Source: Octopus bimaculoides
Taxonomy: Eukaryota
Direction: 5' to 3'
Length of the DNA stretch: 64,000 bases
Assembly (NCBI RefSeq): GCF_001194135.2
Contig: NC_068982.1
Coordinates: 93,457,301-93,521,300 of the forward strand
Under the pieces are notes generated by a model. The model ran no database searches, was not told the origin of the DNA, and saw nothing but the letters and a program-made list of their open reading frames with translations. The translations under genes and the position numbers were made by a program. Of the stretch, positions 36,058-50,850 are shown piece after piece. Each line of letters begins with the position of its first letter. Position 1 is the stretch's first letter.

Positions 36058-36989
36058 GACTTACTTGCAAAATAGGACGTGTGCGTTCAATAATGTAATA
36101 ATACAAAGAATATATATACATGTATACACACATATATGTACATACTTACATCTACATGTGTATATACATGCATATCAGGGTACAGGACGTTAGAACAATA
36201 AACTACAGACAACGGAACGAACACATAGGAAAACGGAAANNNNNNNNNNCAAAGAATATATATACATGTATACACACATATATGTACATACTTACATCTA
36301 CATGTGTATATACATGCATATCAGGGTACAGGACGTTAGAACAATAAACTACAGACAACGGAACGAACACATAGGAAAACGGAAAGCCACTTGGAATATC
36401 CCTTCATCAGCTGTCTCTATTCTATCTAGACGTTTCGAAAAATATATATATATATATATAGAGGGAGAGGGAGAGGGAGAGGATTAGGCTTCATATATAT
36501 ATAGAAATATACATACATATATGCACATATAGATATAAATACAGAAACTAAATATATTCAGAAGATCAACACGTGTACAAACTAGTTATTTATATATATT
36601 GACAGATAAACTTACTTTTACATGGAGTATGTAAGATACAAAAAACTAAGGAGAGAATGTGCATGTGCAAAAAGTCAGGATATGGAACCAGTAGATAGCT
36701 GCAAAAAGACATTACCATAATACTGGCTTCCTTCATTAGGAGGGGAAATTGGCAGATAGCAGTTCATATTTGACATGAGAGGTTTAAAGGTTGGATGGGA
36801 GAAGAGGAAGATAGGAGTAAAAGGCAGGGAGAAGGAGGATGCAGGCATCTTAGGGAGTAGTGGAGGAGAAACAAGAAGAGGTAAGAAATACAAGGTGGGG
36901 AGAGGAACGGGAAGTGAATAGTCAGAGGATTGAATGGTATCTCTTTTGCAACTGTATCAGTTTATGATGATATTGTTATGCTCATATTT

Positions 36990-38480
36990 GTGTATGACAT
37001 CTTGTGTAACTTGACTAACTAGTCAGATGGTAATCATGTACCCTACCTCAGTGGATATTTTGAACATCTCTGCAACTATCCCTGATGAGCTGGCAGCTTT
37101 CCCTCCCTTCATGTCCTTGATTGCCATATTTACCATGCTACTGTCAACTTGAATTGCCAGTACCTTTGTACGGTCAGCATCAGGTGGATCCTCCTTATCT
37201 GCACATTCTCCGTGTTCAACAATCTCTCATAATAGCACTTCCATGCTACTATCTTGTTTTCCATACTGATGGCAAGTGTGCCTTCATCATTACAAATATA
37301 CTTCTTACCAATAACATCTTGGCTCTCACTCACATACTTTCAATCCTCAATACTTCTGATCCTCATGTTGCAAGGCATGAACAAATCTCTACTTCTCTGC
37401 TTTACCATTAGTCAAGTATACCTGTTGCCTAGCTGCTCTTCTGGCCATTTGGTAATACTCCCTACTATAACCTTCCTTCCAAGTTTTCCAAGCCTTTACT
37501 GCCTTGTCAACTGCATCATTCCACCTCATGTAACTTTTGGCTTCATCAGGACTTTGCTTCAATCACACCTCTGTTCTGTAGACTTGAGGGAGTTATTTTG
37601 TAGCAGTTCTTAGTTTTCATCTACACTACAAGTATCTAAATCAACTTCCCTGAAGTCAAGTGTGTCAATTAGACTGCAGGATCTTTTAGTTTCCATATCT
37701 ATCTTCTCCTTGGCATCATTTGTTTCAGTATCTGTTTAGCTTTAACTTAGAAGTCAGTTACCACTAATCTATGTTATATATTGCATTGTTTGCTCAGAAG
37801 GGCTTTTGACATATACAGTAGCTCATCTGTCTTTTTTTCCGGTGAGAAAGTAATTTATTTGACTTATGTGTATGCCAGATTGGTAATTGATAGGTTATTA
37901 GTTGGATTTCTAAAGTGTGTGTTGCAAAATGTTAGATCATTTGTATCACAGAACTTCAGACACTTTATACCATCCTCATTTCTTGTACCACATCTATGCA
38001 TGTTGTGGAAGCTATTAGTGTGTTGGCCATCATGACTGTTGAATTTACTATCAATCATTGTTGAGGTAATTTGTAGAAGGATCTCAAAGAAGCTATCCTA
38101 TTGTACTTCTGTTAATCATGCCTATGCAAAGATATCTGTTACTGTTGAGTTGCTTATAACAAGTCTCATTTTAGTTATTATGTTGCATACCTTGACTACT
38201 TCAATTAGGTTTTTCATTTCTTGGCTAACAGTATGCCTACCAACCCCTATTATCACTAATACTCCTTCAGAAGAATTTGTATCACTTTCCCTTGCCTGTG
38301 AAGTGTTTGCATAAGGATCCTTTCTATCTTGACTCTTGCTCACAGTATACATTCACTTGTCTCTGCTCCAGCATTTCTGGAATCTCACCAGATTTATCTT
38401 TCATCGTACCAACGTTTGTGGTTGCAGCTCCTAAGTTTTGGAATCCACAGAAAGAGGATGGGAAGGCTGTTTGATGGTTG
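36990..38480 (-). mobile_element. RTE LINE fragment (AP endonuclease C-terminus and linker)
   Basis: CGTRNEDGIKCLKFCDTNDLTFCNTHFR and WKCYYERLLNTEN. Confidence 0.8.
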
Positions 38481-39073
38481 TTCCATTACTGTATGAACAC
38501 TCTACACCTGTGGGGAATATGAATGGTTGCACCATGGTTTGACAGCCCTTGGCAGATTTACACACATTATTATATGTGTCATTGCATTCATTTTATCATC
38601 ATTCATTTATTCTTCACACTTAAGCCTCTACCTCAAAAGGTATAGTTTGCAACTATTATTGATAAATAAATAATAACTAATAAGTATTCTTAATTTTGTT
38701 AACATTTCTGCTCTCATGGGTGTTTGCTATACCTTTTTATTACTGTCATTGATAAGATACTGATATAAATGAGGAGACTAGGAAGGGACAGAAGAAAGAT
38801 TTCTGGTATAAGTATGAGTGCATCATAAGCAAATGAGCTGCAAACTTTCACAAGAGAGATGTAAAATTCAAATTTCCATGAGAGAAATTAACATTGATAT
38901 TAAGTGAACAGCAAGGGACTACACTCACATGGGAGGAAGAAATATCAATCTGCAGACAGACCATATTAGTGCTTCAAAATTTCATAAAAGGGACGGGATG
39001 TTCTAATTTTCATGAGAGATGAAATGATGATATATATTAGCATTGTACCTTGTTTAGCAAGTGATATGATCTG

Positions 39074-40140
39074 TTGCCATGTGTTGAAACTGAAGCAATT
39101 ACATCATGGAAGAGCCATTTTAGCCATTTAAAACACACAAAAACCCTGTTAAATTTACTTTTCAATTATTCCATAAGGTGTCAAAAATTTTTTTTTTATT
39201 TTGTTTTTTGTTTTTCAGATATTCACAGCATTAGAACCATGGTTGTACATGCAGTTGGTGTCAGTCTTAAAGCCACTTTAAAGAACTACATATTTAAATT
39301 TGACAAGAAACTTTATAAAGAAATGAAAGGTGGTGTGATCGGAGTTGCAATTGCCAGAGATGTCACCAACCTTTGTATGGTGTGGTGGATAGGCAATTTA
39401 GACAGTAATTTCCTAGCTGTATTGTTAATCTACCACTATTCTCTTGATATATTTATGGAATTAAACTTTTTAAAATGACTCTTCTCATTGACAACCATGT
39501 GAATGAAGAAAACACATGTACTATACATGGCATAAGAAATTTTATTCATAATAAAATAAAGTCACTATTGACTATCCTTGTGTGCATCTCAATAAAATTG
39601 TAACTCTTCTGGACACTTAGTTAAGGATAGAAAATATCATTTTCAGAGGAACACCCAAAATATGCATTCTCAACCCACATTATGGAAAACTGATGGAAAA
39701 TCCTTCAGTAATCAGAAAAGACTCTAATTTGTTGTAAACCACCAAAATGAACAATTTTTGATAGATTCATTAAATTCATTATCAGTAAGTTCTTCACTCT
39801 TGACAATGACACCTATAAAAATGGTTACAATATATATGATACAAAATTACATTCAACTACAAAGGGACTTCTATGATATGCTGTATTTTTTAATACAGTG
39901 TACCATAAAAGTCTCAAGAAGGAACACATGCTAACATCCCTCAAACATACATAGACGAGAAAGTTCATAATATTAATGAGAATCTGAGCGCAATAAGACT
40001 GCTATACTAAAAAGGATGCTTCTTCTATTATTTACCAATATGCTTTAGATAAACATAATGGTTTTGTTGAAAGATAGCATTTTTATATATCCTTGTAATA
40101 TAGCACTAAGACATGTAAATGAATCAATAAGCATATGAGA
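39074..40140 (+). mobile_element. Decayed Penelope-like element (RT plus GIY-YIG remnant)
   Basis: LKNYIFKFDKKLYKEMKGGVIGVAIARDVTNLCMVWW resembles the PLE RT motif region (N.F.F..K.Y.Q..G..MG). A YIxE-like remnant lies near 39950. Confidence 0.55.
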
Positions 40141-40259
40141 ATACAAGTCAGTCTCAATAGTAAGTTGAACGGAGTAACACCAATCAATGTGCCACACATG
40201 ACATATATCTTTCCTCACCTCTCATAGATTAGTTTTATACATATTTAAATTTATATGTG

Positions 40260-40640
40260 CAGGTGTGTATATAAGCAGATCGTCATCGTTTAACGTCCGC
40301 TTTCCATGCTAGCATGGGTTGGACGATTTGACTGAGGGCTGGTGGACCAGGTGGCTACACCAGGCTCCAATCTGATTTGGCATAGTTTCTACAGCTGGAA
40401 GCTCTTCCTAGTGCCAACCACTCAGAGAGTGTAGTGGGTGCTTTTACGTGCCACCGGCACAAAGGCCAGTTAGGCGGTACTGGCAATGGCAACGCTCAAA
40501 ATGGTGTATTTTACGTGCCACCTGCACAGGAGCCAGTTCATCGGCACTGGCAACGATCTCGCTTGAATGTCTTACTGGCAATGGCCACGCTCTAAATGGT
40601 GTATTTTACGTGTCACCTGCACAGGAGCCAGTCCATCAGC
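40260..40640 (-). mobile_element. RTE 3' UTR/tail with internal about 60-bp tandem units
   Basis: CATCGTTTAACGTCCGCTTTCCATGCTAGCATGGG...GTGCCACCTGCACAGGAGCCAG repeated. Confidence 0.85.
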
Positions 40641-41143
40641 ACATCAACATTCCTTTTACATAGGCATTTTACCCACATTTAAAATAAAATTTAATCTATA
40701 GAGCAACTATCTAATTTCTGTAGAAGTGAACAACGAAAAAGAAATATACAAAAATAACGAATATTTATATGACACAAAAATGTATTGGTAAAAATCATCA
40801 AAATAAAAGAAAGAAGAAAACAAAAGGGAGGAAAAAAAAAGGAGGAATGACAAAAGAAGAGTACCTGGAAGTGACTAATGATAACCAATATCAAGGGGTC
40901 AAGGTCAACAACAGAACCATAAATCACTTCATCAAGACAAAAAAAACTAAAACAAATTCTGAGGCATATAACAGCTTGCCATTAACTAAATTTCACAGTT
41001 GAAGTTGCACTCTCTCAAAAATCAGGTAACAGTTGTGCAATAAAAATTTTGACACCTCAAGAAATAAATGGAAAGTGAATTTAACAGTTTTTTGTGTATT
41101 TTTAAATGTCTAAAATACAGTTTTCATGATGTGGTTGTTATAC

Positions 41144-41179
<36 letters not shown>

Positions 41180-41214
41180 CACATACATATATATTTATAT
41201 ACATATGTGTGTGT

Positions 41215-41249
<35 letters not shown>

Positions 41250-41355
41250 TCATTTAAAGTGCATAATACATAGTCTATTGACTGTTTTTACTCTCGCTGG
41301 ACCACTGGTGGTAAATAAAATTTCTAAAATTTTTTTGCTACCCTATAATTTATTA

Positions 41356-41397
<42 letters not shown>

Positions 41398-43069
41398 CCC
41401 ACCAAATGTGTTCAGTGCTACTTTCTTTTGCTTGTTCACTCACTAGTGTGTGTAATGTATGTATATATATATATGCATATATACATACATGTTGTTTTGT
41501 ATACATATATAATATACACATATAACTATACATATTATTATTATCACATCACTCATTTTAACACACATTTTCCATACTGGCCTGAGTTGGATTGTTTGAC
41601 AGAATCCAGTGAACCAGAAGACTAAATAGAGTTTAATGCCAACCACTTTACTGAGTAATTATTTTGTGACACCAGCACTTGTGAGGGTTCCAAGTAACCT
41701 GAAAAGCAAAGAAAAAAAGAAACCCTTTTAACTAAGCACAGTTGAAATTGAGGGTAGGGTTGGCTTTCTGCCAGGTGTTAAGAGGCTAAAGTTTCATAGA
41801 GGGACAGTTACTGGTATCTTGCTATAGATGAGTACATTGCTGCGTTGCATTATATAGAAGCGGGTGGGAGTAGCTGGAAAGGAGATGAAGATGCTGGCGA
41901 CAAGATGTTAAAGCATACTCTCAAGGTACAAAATGGGAATAAGAGTGACCATAGACTAAGGATGGAGGTTGGAGATGGGTAATGGAAAGTGCATAGGAGT
42001 GTGAGAGGAAGACGATAGCTGGTTAGAGATGTGGATGAGGTAATATACCAGAGTGAAGGGCTGGTTGAGCATGAAGGGGGAAAGTAAAAGAAATAGCTCC
42101 GGAAAGAGGAGGTGATAAGTGGCAGTTCAGGAAGGATGGGGAGCAGCAATAATAGACTTGTAGCTTGATCAGAAAATAAGAGAATGATGTGCAAGGTGAG
42201 AGAGTGGGAGAAATAAAGAGAGCAAGAGATGTTAAGACAGACATAAAGGTCACAAATTCATGCTAGTACCTGCAGTGAGCAGGGAATCAGTGGTGAGGGG
42301 TCGTTGACAGCAGGTAGAAGAGGATGTTGAAAATGATAGCAGGTATGAGAGAGTGTATTGAAGATGAAGTTCGGGGGAGAAGAATAACTGGTGATCAGTG
42401 GAAAATAAAGTGAGAAGAGATGCTTTGAGAATGAGGGTTGGAAAGTGGTTCAGGGAGATGGGGAGGCAATTAATAGCACAAAGAAGGGAATGAAATATGT
42501 GGAGATTTTGTTTCCATGTGTAGTGCCATAGTGAGAAAAGAGATGGAGAGATGGATATTACAAAGATGAGAGGTGGGAAAAAGCACTGATTAAGTACATC
42601 TTAAGATGCTGAACCTTATGAAAATGACAAAGGACCAAGGTAATTGCAACTTGCTGTGCTCAAGAAGACATGTCCATCACAGCAGAAATGACATCCTAAA
42701 ACCACCTTGGTTTTGCTTGGCCCTCTCCTCTCTCAGCTCCAATTACCTCACACCCCAACCCCCAAACATATCTCATTATCATCCCTGCCTACATTAAATA
42801 TCCCCAGCACTTCATGATGACACAAATAACAACTTTAAGTTCTTGAAAATCGTCTGTTCATTGGGGAACTAGTAACACTATCCTGCAGTTTGAGTAAATT
42901 CAAATTGCTTGAAAACTGCAGGATCTTGAGGCTAAAATTGTTCAAAAACTGGAGAATCTTGATGATCTGTACATGAGAAAATCCAGAGATAATCACACAT
43001 GCAGTCCATCTGATAGAATAAGTGCCAGGCCTTAAAAAACCCCAGAAAATATTAGTTCGATCATCATTA

Positions 43070-43880
43070 TCATCATCATCATCATCATTGTTTAGCATCC
43101 GATTTCCATGCTAGCATGGATTGGATGGTTCAACCGGGGTCTGGGAAGCCAGGAGGCTGTACCAGGCTCCAATCTGATCTGGCAGTGTTTCTACAGCTGG
43201 ATGCCCTTCTTAACACCAACCACTCCGTGAGNNNNNNNNNNACAGCTGGATGCCCTTCTTAACACCAACCACTCCGTGAGTGTAGTGGGTGCTTTTTACA
43301 TGCTACCAGCACAGGGGCCAGAGGAGGCTGGCAGCAGCCAGAATTGGTTGGTACTTTTTATGTGCCACCAGCACAGAAGCCAATCAAGGCAGCGCTGACA
43401 TCGGCCACGTTTGGATGGTGCTTTTTACATGCCACCAGCACGGGTATTACAACTACAATTTCCATTTGATATTTATTTTGATGTTGATGTACTTGACTCT
43501 ATAGATCTCCTCAAGCACAGCAGGACACCCTACGATCCAAGGTAAGCACAGCAGGTCATCCTACGATCCAAGCTACTTTTGAATGGGCTGGGGCTGGTTA
43601 TGCGAAACTGGTGTAGGATACAGCTGTGAACTCACTTTATTTGTCGGGTCTTCTCNNNNNNNNNNGAAACTGGTGTAGGATACAGCTGTGAACTCACTTT
43701 ATTTGTCGGGTCTTCTCAGTCACAGCATATCTCCAGAGGTCTCGGTCTTTCGTCATTGCCTCTGTGAGGCCCAACGTTTGATGGTCATGCTTCACCACTT
43801 CATCCCATGTCTTCCTGGGTCTACCTCTACCCCAAATTCCTTCAACTGTTTGGGAGTGGCACTTCTTCACACATCTCTCT
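43070..43880 (-). mobile_element. 5'-truncated RTE LINE (ORF2 end plus tail)
   Basis: GRGRPRKTWDEVVKHD...DRDLWRYAVTEKTRQIK* is contiguous with the abundant 3' tail, showing that the tail repeat is the RTE 3' UTR. Confidence 0.9.
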
Positions 43881-44959
43881 TCATATTTGATTAAAAATTC
43901 TTCAAGGCAGTGCTCCAGCATGGCTGCAGTCTAATGCAGACTTAACCCTTTAACATTTAAACCAGCCATATCTGACCAAAATAATCTACCCATTTTGTGT
44001 TCAAACCAAACAGATCCAGCCTCTTACACCTATCACACAATCACAACATCAAAATCTTGAATCTATGAGATAATGCACGATGAATTCAAAACAATGTGAA
44101 TAAATAAGCACTATATTTGACAAAGCAATCTAAATGCTAAAACGTTAAACAAGTAAAAGATAAAAGATATATATATCTTTTATCCAGCCAGCTGCCATGC
44201 TTGATCGCTAAATCCACAAGTTTTTTTCTATTTTCTCTTATTCTTTTCTGTTGAAGAGCATAGGCTCGAAACATAAAAGACTATTTCACTTTCCTGAGCA
44301 TCAAACTAATACACTTGCTTGTTGTTCATACACCTGTCTTCGTCTTTTGTTTTTCTGTAAATTTCAACTATATATATATTACATACACACACATATATCT
44401 CTGTGTGTGTATATACTCATTTAGAGAATTAGTGTACAGACATTGAAGAATAAGTCCACAGTAACTAGGAGCTCAATTAATTACAGGAGGTAAATCTCCA
44501 AAAGATTATTACATTGCAGTGAATCTAAGTTGGATTGACTTATATGTATATACATAATAATTTAAAATACTCTTTAAGAGCAACATAGTAAAGTAGAGAA
44601 GTATAAATTTCACTTTTACTTTATACTTTAATGGTGTTTAACTGCTGTTCCATTAAGATAAACACCACCAAATGTATGAATACATAACTATGGTACATAA
44701 TTAATTTAAATCAAATTAATTTGAAAATGATTTTTACCCAAACCATCAAGAATGGTCTGTTATGTTAATCATAAAACTATTACTTGTTTTGATTCATTGC
44801 GGCAGATGTTCAAGAGCAATAAACACTAAGAACACACAGGAAATAAATTTTTTCACATTTAGTGATTGGCACTTCTTTATGCAGCTGTTCTCTTTTCTTT
44901 CTCTGGATAATTTATTATTTGATATCATATATCATAGTTGTGGGTATTGTCAATGTCAT

Positions 44960-45410
44960 GTAACAGGCACCCATGCTGGTGGCATGTAAAAAGCACCTTT
45001 CAAGTGTTGTGCTTCATGAAGGCAATGTGGTTGATGCTGGTGTCAAGGAAGTAGCAACCATGCTGGTGACACATAAAAAGTACTTTTCATGTGCTGAGAC
45101 TCATGGAGGGAATGACAAATAACAGAGACCTTTGGCAATATGCTGTGCTTGAAAAGGAAAATCCATCAAGCCAAGTGAAATTGTAGTCATGGCAGATACT
45201 GGTACCACGCAACTGGTACCCATACCGGTGACACGTGAAAGCACCCATTTCTCTCAGAGTGGTTGGTGTTAGGAAGGGCATTCAACCATAGAAATCATGC
45301 CAAATCAGACAGGAATCTGGTGCAGCCCCTCAGCTTACCAGCCCTGGTCAAACCATTCAACCCATGCCAGCATGGACAATGAACCTTAAATGTGGATGAT
45401 GATGATGATG
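44960..45410 (+). mobile_element. RTE 3' end copy
   Basis: GAGACCTTTGGCAATATGCTGTGCTTGA...GGTTGGTGTTAGGAAGGGCATTC...(GAT)n. Confidence 0.8.
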
Positions 45411-45852
45411 ATATATCATCCTGGGTATGACATTAAACTGCATATTGTGGTAAGGTTTCAGTTCAGGAGTTCTGGACCAGTGGGGGTCATGTAATCACTT
45501 TATTACCATTACTCCCTTATCTGATCTGATCCAAAATGGTAGTACATGTCAGGGTCCCATCTATGAGTTAAACAGATTTCCCAGGAGTGTAGAAAGTTGC
45601 TTTTATTTTCAACAAAGCCATGGTGAAGGCACCTCTTCTAGGAGAAAGATACTTTGACATAAAACTTGCAGTCAAACTAGTACCAGTCTTCTTGTAATGT
45701 TTGTCATTGGAACCTTGTACTATATTTTTGCCACTCTCTCGGTGACTGAGAGAGTGGCAAAAATATGCAAGCTTTGTCACTTAAATCCAATGATGTACAG
45801 ATCACTTGCTATATTGTGAGTTATCTATTAGTAGACAAGATGAGACAATCAT

Positions 45853-45896
<44 letters not shown>

Positions 45897-46535
45897 ATAT
45901 ATATGTACAGAGAGAGAGAAACATGTATATATGTATGTATAAACAATAAATTAAATAGAGAGATACACTTGACAATATAATAATTTATATTATAATATAA
46001 CATAATATACTATAAATATAATATAAGATAAGATAACATGAAAAATTATTAAAAAAAACAAAAAACCAACAATTTGTTTCAACTCATACATTTTTTTGAT
46101 ATGTTATATTATATTTATGCCATATTATATTATATTATGTTATTTATTTCTATTATAACAGTATATTATGTTATAATATAGATAAACTATGGGATTATCA
46201 ATTGTATCTTTCTATTTAATTTATTGTTTGTAATTTGAATTATACCCATATTTATGTGGTATTCAACTGAATTGAACGTTTTACATACCCCTTGAAAGGA
46301 ACTTTTTTCCTTAGTTTGTTACTTTATATGTATGTATGTATATATATATATATATATATATAAATATATAGACAAATATGTTTTTGTGTATGTGTATATA
46401 TATATGTATATATATATATATATATTTGCAGGAGATTTTTAGGATAAGGTTTTTATGATATATTTATTTTCTAGAGGGTATGAATTACATTCTTTATTAT
46501 TGAATTATTTAATAGTGGCTTTTCTCTAAATTTTA

Positions 46536-46567
<32 letters not shown>

Positions 46568-46571
46568 CGTG

Positions 46572-48845
46572 CATCATCATCATCATCGTTTAACGTCCGC
46601 TTTCCATGCTAGCATGGGTTGGACGATTTGACTGAAGACTGTTGAACCGGATGGCTGCACCAGACTCCAATCTGATCTGGCAGAGTTTCTACAGCTGGAT
46701 GCCCTTCCAAACGTCAACCACTCCGAGAGTGTAGAAGGTGGTTTTATGTGCCACCGGCACGAAGGCCAGTCAGGCAGTACTCACAATGGCCACATTCAAA
46801 ATGGTGTATTTTATGTGCCACCTGCACAAGAGCCAGTCCAGCAGCACTGGCAACAATGTCGCTCGGATGTCTTTTCACGTGCCACCAACACAAGTGCCAG
46901 AAAGGCGATGCTAGTAACAATCACTCTCAAATGGTGCTATTTACGTGCCACAGGTACGGAAGCCAGACAGCTGTTCTGGCAACAATCACACTCAGACAGT
47001 GCTCTTAGCGCTCCACTGGTACAGGTGCCATCACAATTTCGCTTTCACTTGCCCCAACAGGTCTTCGCAAGCTGAGTTTAGTGTCCAATGAAGGNNNNNN
47101 NNNNTCGCTTTCACTTGCCCCAACAGGTCTTCGCAAGCTGAGTTTAGTGTCCAATGAAGGAGACGTTGGCATGGGTGCCAGTCGTTGAATTTAGTTTGAT
47201 TTCAATTTCATTTGTCTCAACTGGTCTTCGCAAGCAGAGTTTAGTGTCCAATGAAGGAAAGGTACACATAAGTGGGCTGGCTACACCCCTGGCAGAGGCC
47301 TTGGATTATGGTGTCACTTGGCTTGCCGGGTCTTCTCATGCACAGCATATTTCCAAAGGTCTCGGTCAGAAGTCATTGCCTCGGTGAGGCCTAATGTTCG
47401 AAGGTCGTGCTTCACCACTCATCCCAGGTCTTCCTGGGTCTACCTCTTCCACAGGTTCATATAACCACTAGGGTGTGGCACTTTTTTACACTGCTATCCT
47501 CATCCATTCTCGCCATATGACCATACCAGCGCAATCATATATGCATATATATGTATGTATGTATGTATGTATATATATATATGTGTGTATAATAATAATA
47601 ATATTAGGGACAAAATCCAAAATTACAGGTAAAAACTCAATTAAAATCAATTTATAAAAAATTAAAATTAAATTGAGCTTTACAGATTAAAATATATATA
47701 AATATATAGTTTTAGGGAAAAGACCCAAATTTCATGAACTCATCGATGAAAATCCACTATCACATATAGAAAAATTAATAATTAAAAGCACAATAAATGA
47801 GTATAATATAATACAAAGTAAATATCATAAGATAAAAATAATAACAATATTATCTTTATCTTATGATATTTACTTTGCATTATATTATACTCATTTATTG
47901 TGCTTTTAATTNNNNNNNNNNNNNNNNNNNNNNNNNNNNNNNNNNNNNNNNNNNNNNNNNNNNNNNNNNNNNNNNNNNNNNNNNNNNNNNNNNNNNNNNN
48001 NNNNNNNNNNNNNNNNNNNNNNNNNNNNNNNNNNNNNNNNNNNNNNNNNNNNNNNNNNNNNNNNNNNNNNNNNNNNNNNNNNNNNNNNNNNNNNNNNNNN
48101 NNNNNNNNNNNNNNNNNNNNNNNNNNNNNNNNNNNNNNNNNNNNNNNNNNNNNNNNNNNNNNNNNNNNNNNNNNNNNNNNNNNNNNNNNNNNNNNNNNNN
48201 NNNNNNNNNNNNNNNNNNNNNNNNNNNNNNNNNNNNNNNNNNNNNNNNNNNNNNNNNNNNNNNNNNNNNNNNNNNNNNNNNNNNNNNNNNNNNNNNNNNN
48301 NNNNNNNNNNNNNNNNNNNNNNNNNNNNNNNNNNNNNNNNNNNNNNNNNNNNNNNNNNNNNNNNNNNNNNNNNNNNNNNNNNNNNNNNNNNNNNNNNNNN
48401 NNNNNNNNNNNNNNNNNNNNNNNNNNNNNNNNNNNNNNNNNNNNNNNNNNNNNNNNNNNNNNNNNNNNNNNNNNNNNNNNNNNNNNNNNNNNNNNNNNNN
48501 NNNNNNNNNNNNNNNNNNNNNNNNNNNNNNNNNNNNNNNNNNNNNNNNNNNNNNNNNNNNNNAGTGTAGTGGGTGCTTTTACGTGTCACCTGCACGAAAA
48601 CGGCCACGCTCGAAATGGTGTCTTTTATGTGCCACCCACACAAGAGCCAGTCCAGGGGCACTGGCAACGATCTCGCTCGAAAACCCTACAAGGCCAGTCA
48701 GGCAGTACTGGCAACGGTCATGCTCAGGATGGTACATCTTATGTGCCACCCACACAAGAGCCAGTCCAGGGGCCCTGGCAACGATCTCACTTGGCTTGCC
48801 GGGTCTTCTCACGCACAGCACATTTCCAAAGGTCTCGGTCAGTAG
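46572..48845 (-). mobile_element. Two RTE 3'-end copies (46572-47460 and 48563-48845, second partly in gap)
   Basis: Same tail, internal tandem units and GGGTCTTCTC...CACAGCATATTTCCAAAGGTCTCGGTC ORF end. Confidence 0.85.
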
Positions 48846-50030
48846 TCATCAGACGGCAATGTTGGTGCCCTGCTATGCTGTTTGTATAACTTTCAATGCT
48901 ATAGTTTGGTACACATCCTTCCCGGATTTTCCAGATGCATATTACTGCATATCCTTTTTGCTTTTGTTTTAAGGAGTAAAATCTTAACTTTTTCAACCTT
49001 TCCCAGCAGCTAACATGTTGCATTGAGACAACTCTGTATGCTGATAGGGGATAACCCATTTACATCAACCCCAGTGCTTAACTAGTACTTATATCAACCC
49101 TGAAAGGATGAAACGCAAGGTTGACCTTGGCAGAATGTAAACATTACGACATGCTCTGCACCAAGGTGATAGTAATGTGCAGGCAAATGGCTTTATTGGA
49201 CTGCTTCAAGTTCTGTCATTAGTTTTGCTCTGTGTGGTGACCATAGTTGGGAGAAGTAGTCTAAGCAGCCAGCTGAGGACCATCATGGTCTCTTGTTCTC
49301 TTGTTTTGAAAATTCTAAGAATCCCTGTGGCCAGCCATCTGCATTTTATTGCCTTCTTAGTAATATGCACCTGGAATGATGCATCATTACTCATGTCAAT
49401 TCCAATGCCCAGATCACTCGCTAATTTTGTTCCAGGGTTTACAATCCCCCTTAGGCCAATGTATCCTGCCTGCATTTCATGCAGCTCTGTATGCTGATAG
49501 GGGATAACCCATTTACATCAACCCCAGTGCTTAACTAGTACTTATATCAACCCTGAAAGGATGAAACGCAAGGTTGACCTTGGCAGAATGTAAACATTAC
49601 GACATGCTCTGCACCAAGGTGGTAGTAATGTGCAGGCAAATGGCTGGATGGATTCTGAGAACTTCAGGAAGGGACCAGGAAACTATACTGGTTCTATGGA
49701 GGACATTTGAACTCAGCCCACTGTACTACCGCTCTCAACTGTAGTCACTTTATAGTGTCAAATTAATAGTGGAACTTGAGGCAGTTCAGCTGTGCTACAT
49801 GAAGATTACATCAATGGAACAGCTGAGCTACTGAGAGAAAGTGGAAGAGCTACAATTCTACACCCTAGAGTGAAGACAGGAGAGATATGCAGTGATATAT
49901 GTATGGAAGATCCTGGAGGGGTTAAGACCAAACTTTGGCATCAACTATTTAATAATTTGCCAAAACATCTGAGAAATCTTCACAGAGTAGGAGTAGATTT
50001 TTTCAAGAAATAACTTGATCTCCTAGTGTT
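48846..50030. mobile_element. Rearranged CR1/L2-group LINE 3' region (- strand 48846-49640, + strand about 49790-50030) with a duplicated SINE fragment
   Basis: DLGIGIDMSNDASFQVHI...ILRIFKTR; CWERLKKLRFYSL...IWKIREGCVPN; QLFNNLPKHLRNL...FFKK*LD. Confidence 0.7.
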
Positions 50031-50066
50031 AAAGGTCTGGACATTAATGGATAAAGATGATGATGA

Positions 50067-50129
<63 letters not shown>

Positions 50130-50499
50130 TCAAAGACCTTTGACAAGGTTATTCACTCCCTCATCTGGTTGGTGCTACAGAAGGTAGGAGTAGATGAATG
50201 GCTTGTGGGGTCCACTAAACCATGTGCAGGACTGCTGTCAGTCAGATGTTTTTACATATCACTGGTCACAATTCACTTTGCATCATTTTAGCCTTTGAAT
50301 GACGCCACCCTGCTGGCTAGGTGAGCAGGCCAACATTGCCCTCTGATCAAAAAGGGGACTGGTTCAACATGAAACGTCTTGCTCAAGAACACAACCAGGA
50401 TTTGAATCCGTTATTTGGCAGTTGTATGTCTAACAGTCTAACCACCAGGTCATGTGCCTTCACACACACAGATGTATAATATATATAATACATGCATAC

Positions 50500-50850
50500 A
50501 TCATCATCATCATCATTTAACGTCTGTTTTCCATGCTAGCATGGGTTGGACGATTTGACTGAGGACTGGCAAACCAGATGGCTACACCAGACTCCAATCT
50601 GATCTGGAAGAGTTTCTACAGCTGGATGCCCTTCCTAACGCCAACCACTCCAAGAGTGTAGTAGGTGCTTTTTACATGCCACCGGCACTACATATTCTTT
50701 TATTCTTTTACTTGTTTCAGTCATTTGACTGTAGCCATGCTGGACCACTGCCTTGAAAGGTTTTAGCTGAAGAAATCGACTCCAGTCCTTATTTTTATTT
50801 TTTAAGCCTAGCACTTATTGTCAGTCTGTTTATCAAACTGCTAAGTTACG
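50500..50850 (-). mobile_element. RTE tail (50500-50690) abutting a family-2 SINE 3' end (50690-50850)
   Basis: TCTTTTACTTGTTTCAGTCATTTGACTGTAGCCATGCTGGA SINE tail, also seen at 30300-30480. Confidence 0.8.

Noticed and set aside
40440-40640. About 60-bp repeated units with varying spacers (also 46740-46980, 48580-48790, 55545-55800) that superficially resemble a CRISPR array
   Set aside because: They are internal tandem units of the RTE 3' UTR. The context is eukaryotic, the intervening sequence is itself repeated, and there are no cas genes.
41850-42560. Long purine-rich or pyrimidine-rich stretches with ORFs of about 75-115 aa (also 28480-29000 and 29580-30100)
   Set aside because: Low-complexity GA-rich decayed repeat adjoining RTE tails. 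The translations are compositionally biased and have no motifs.
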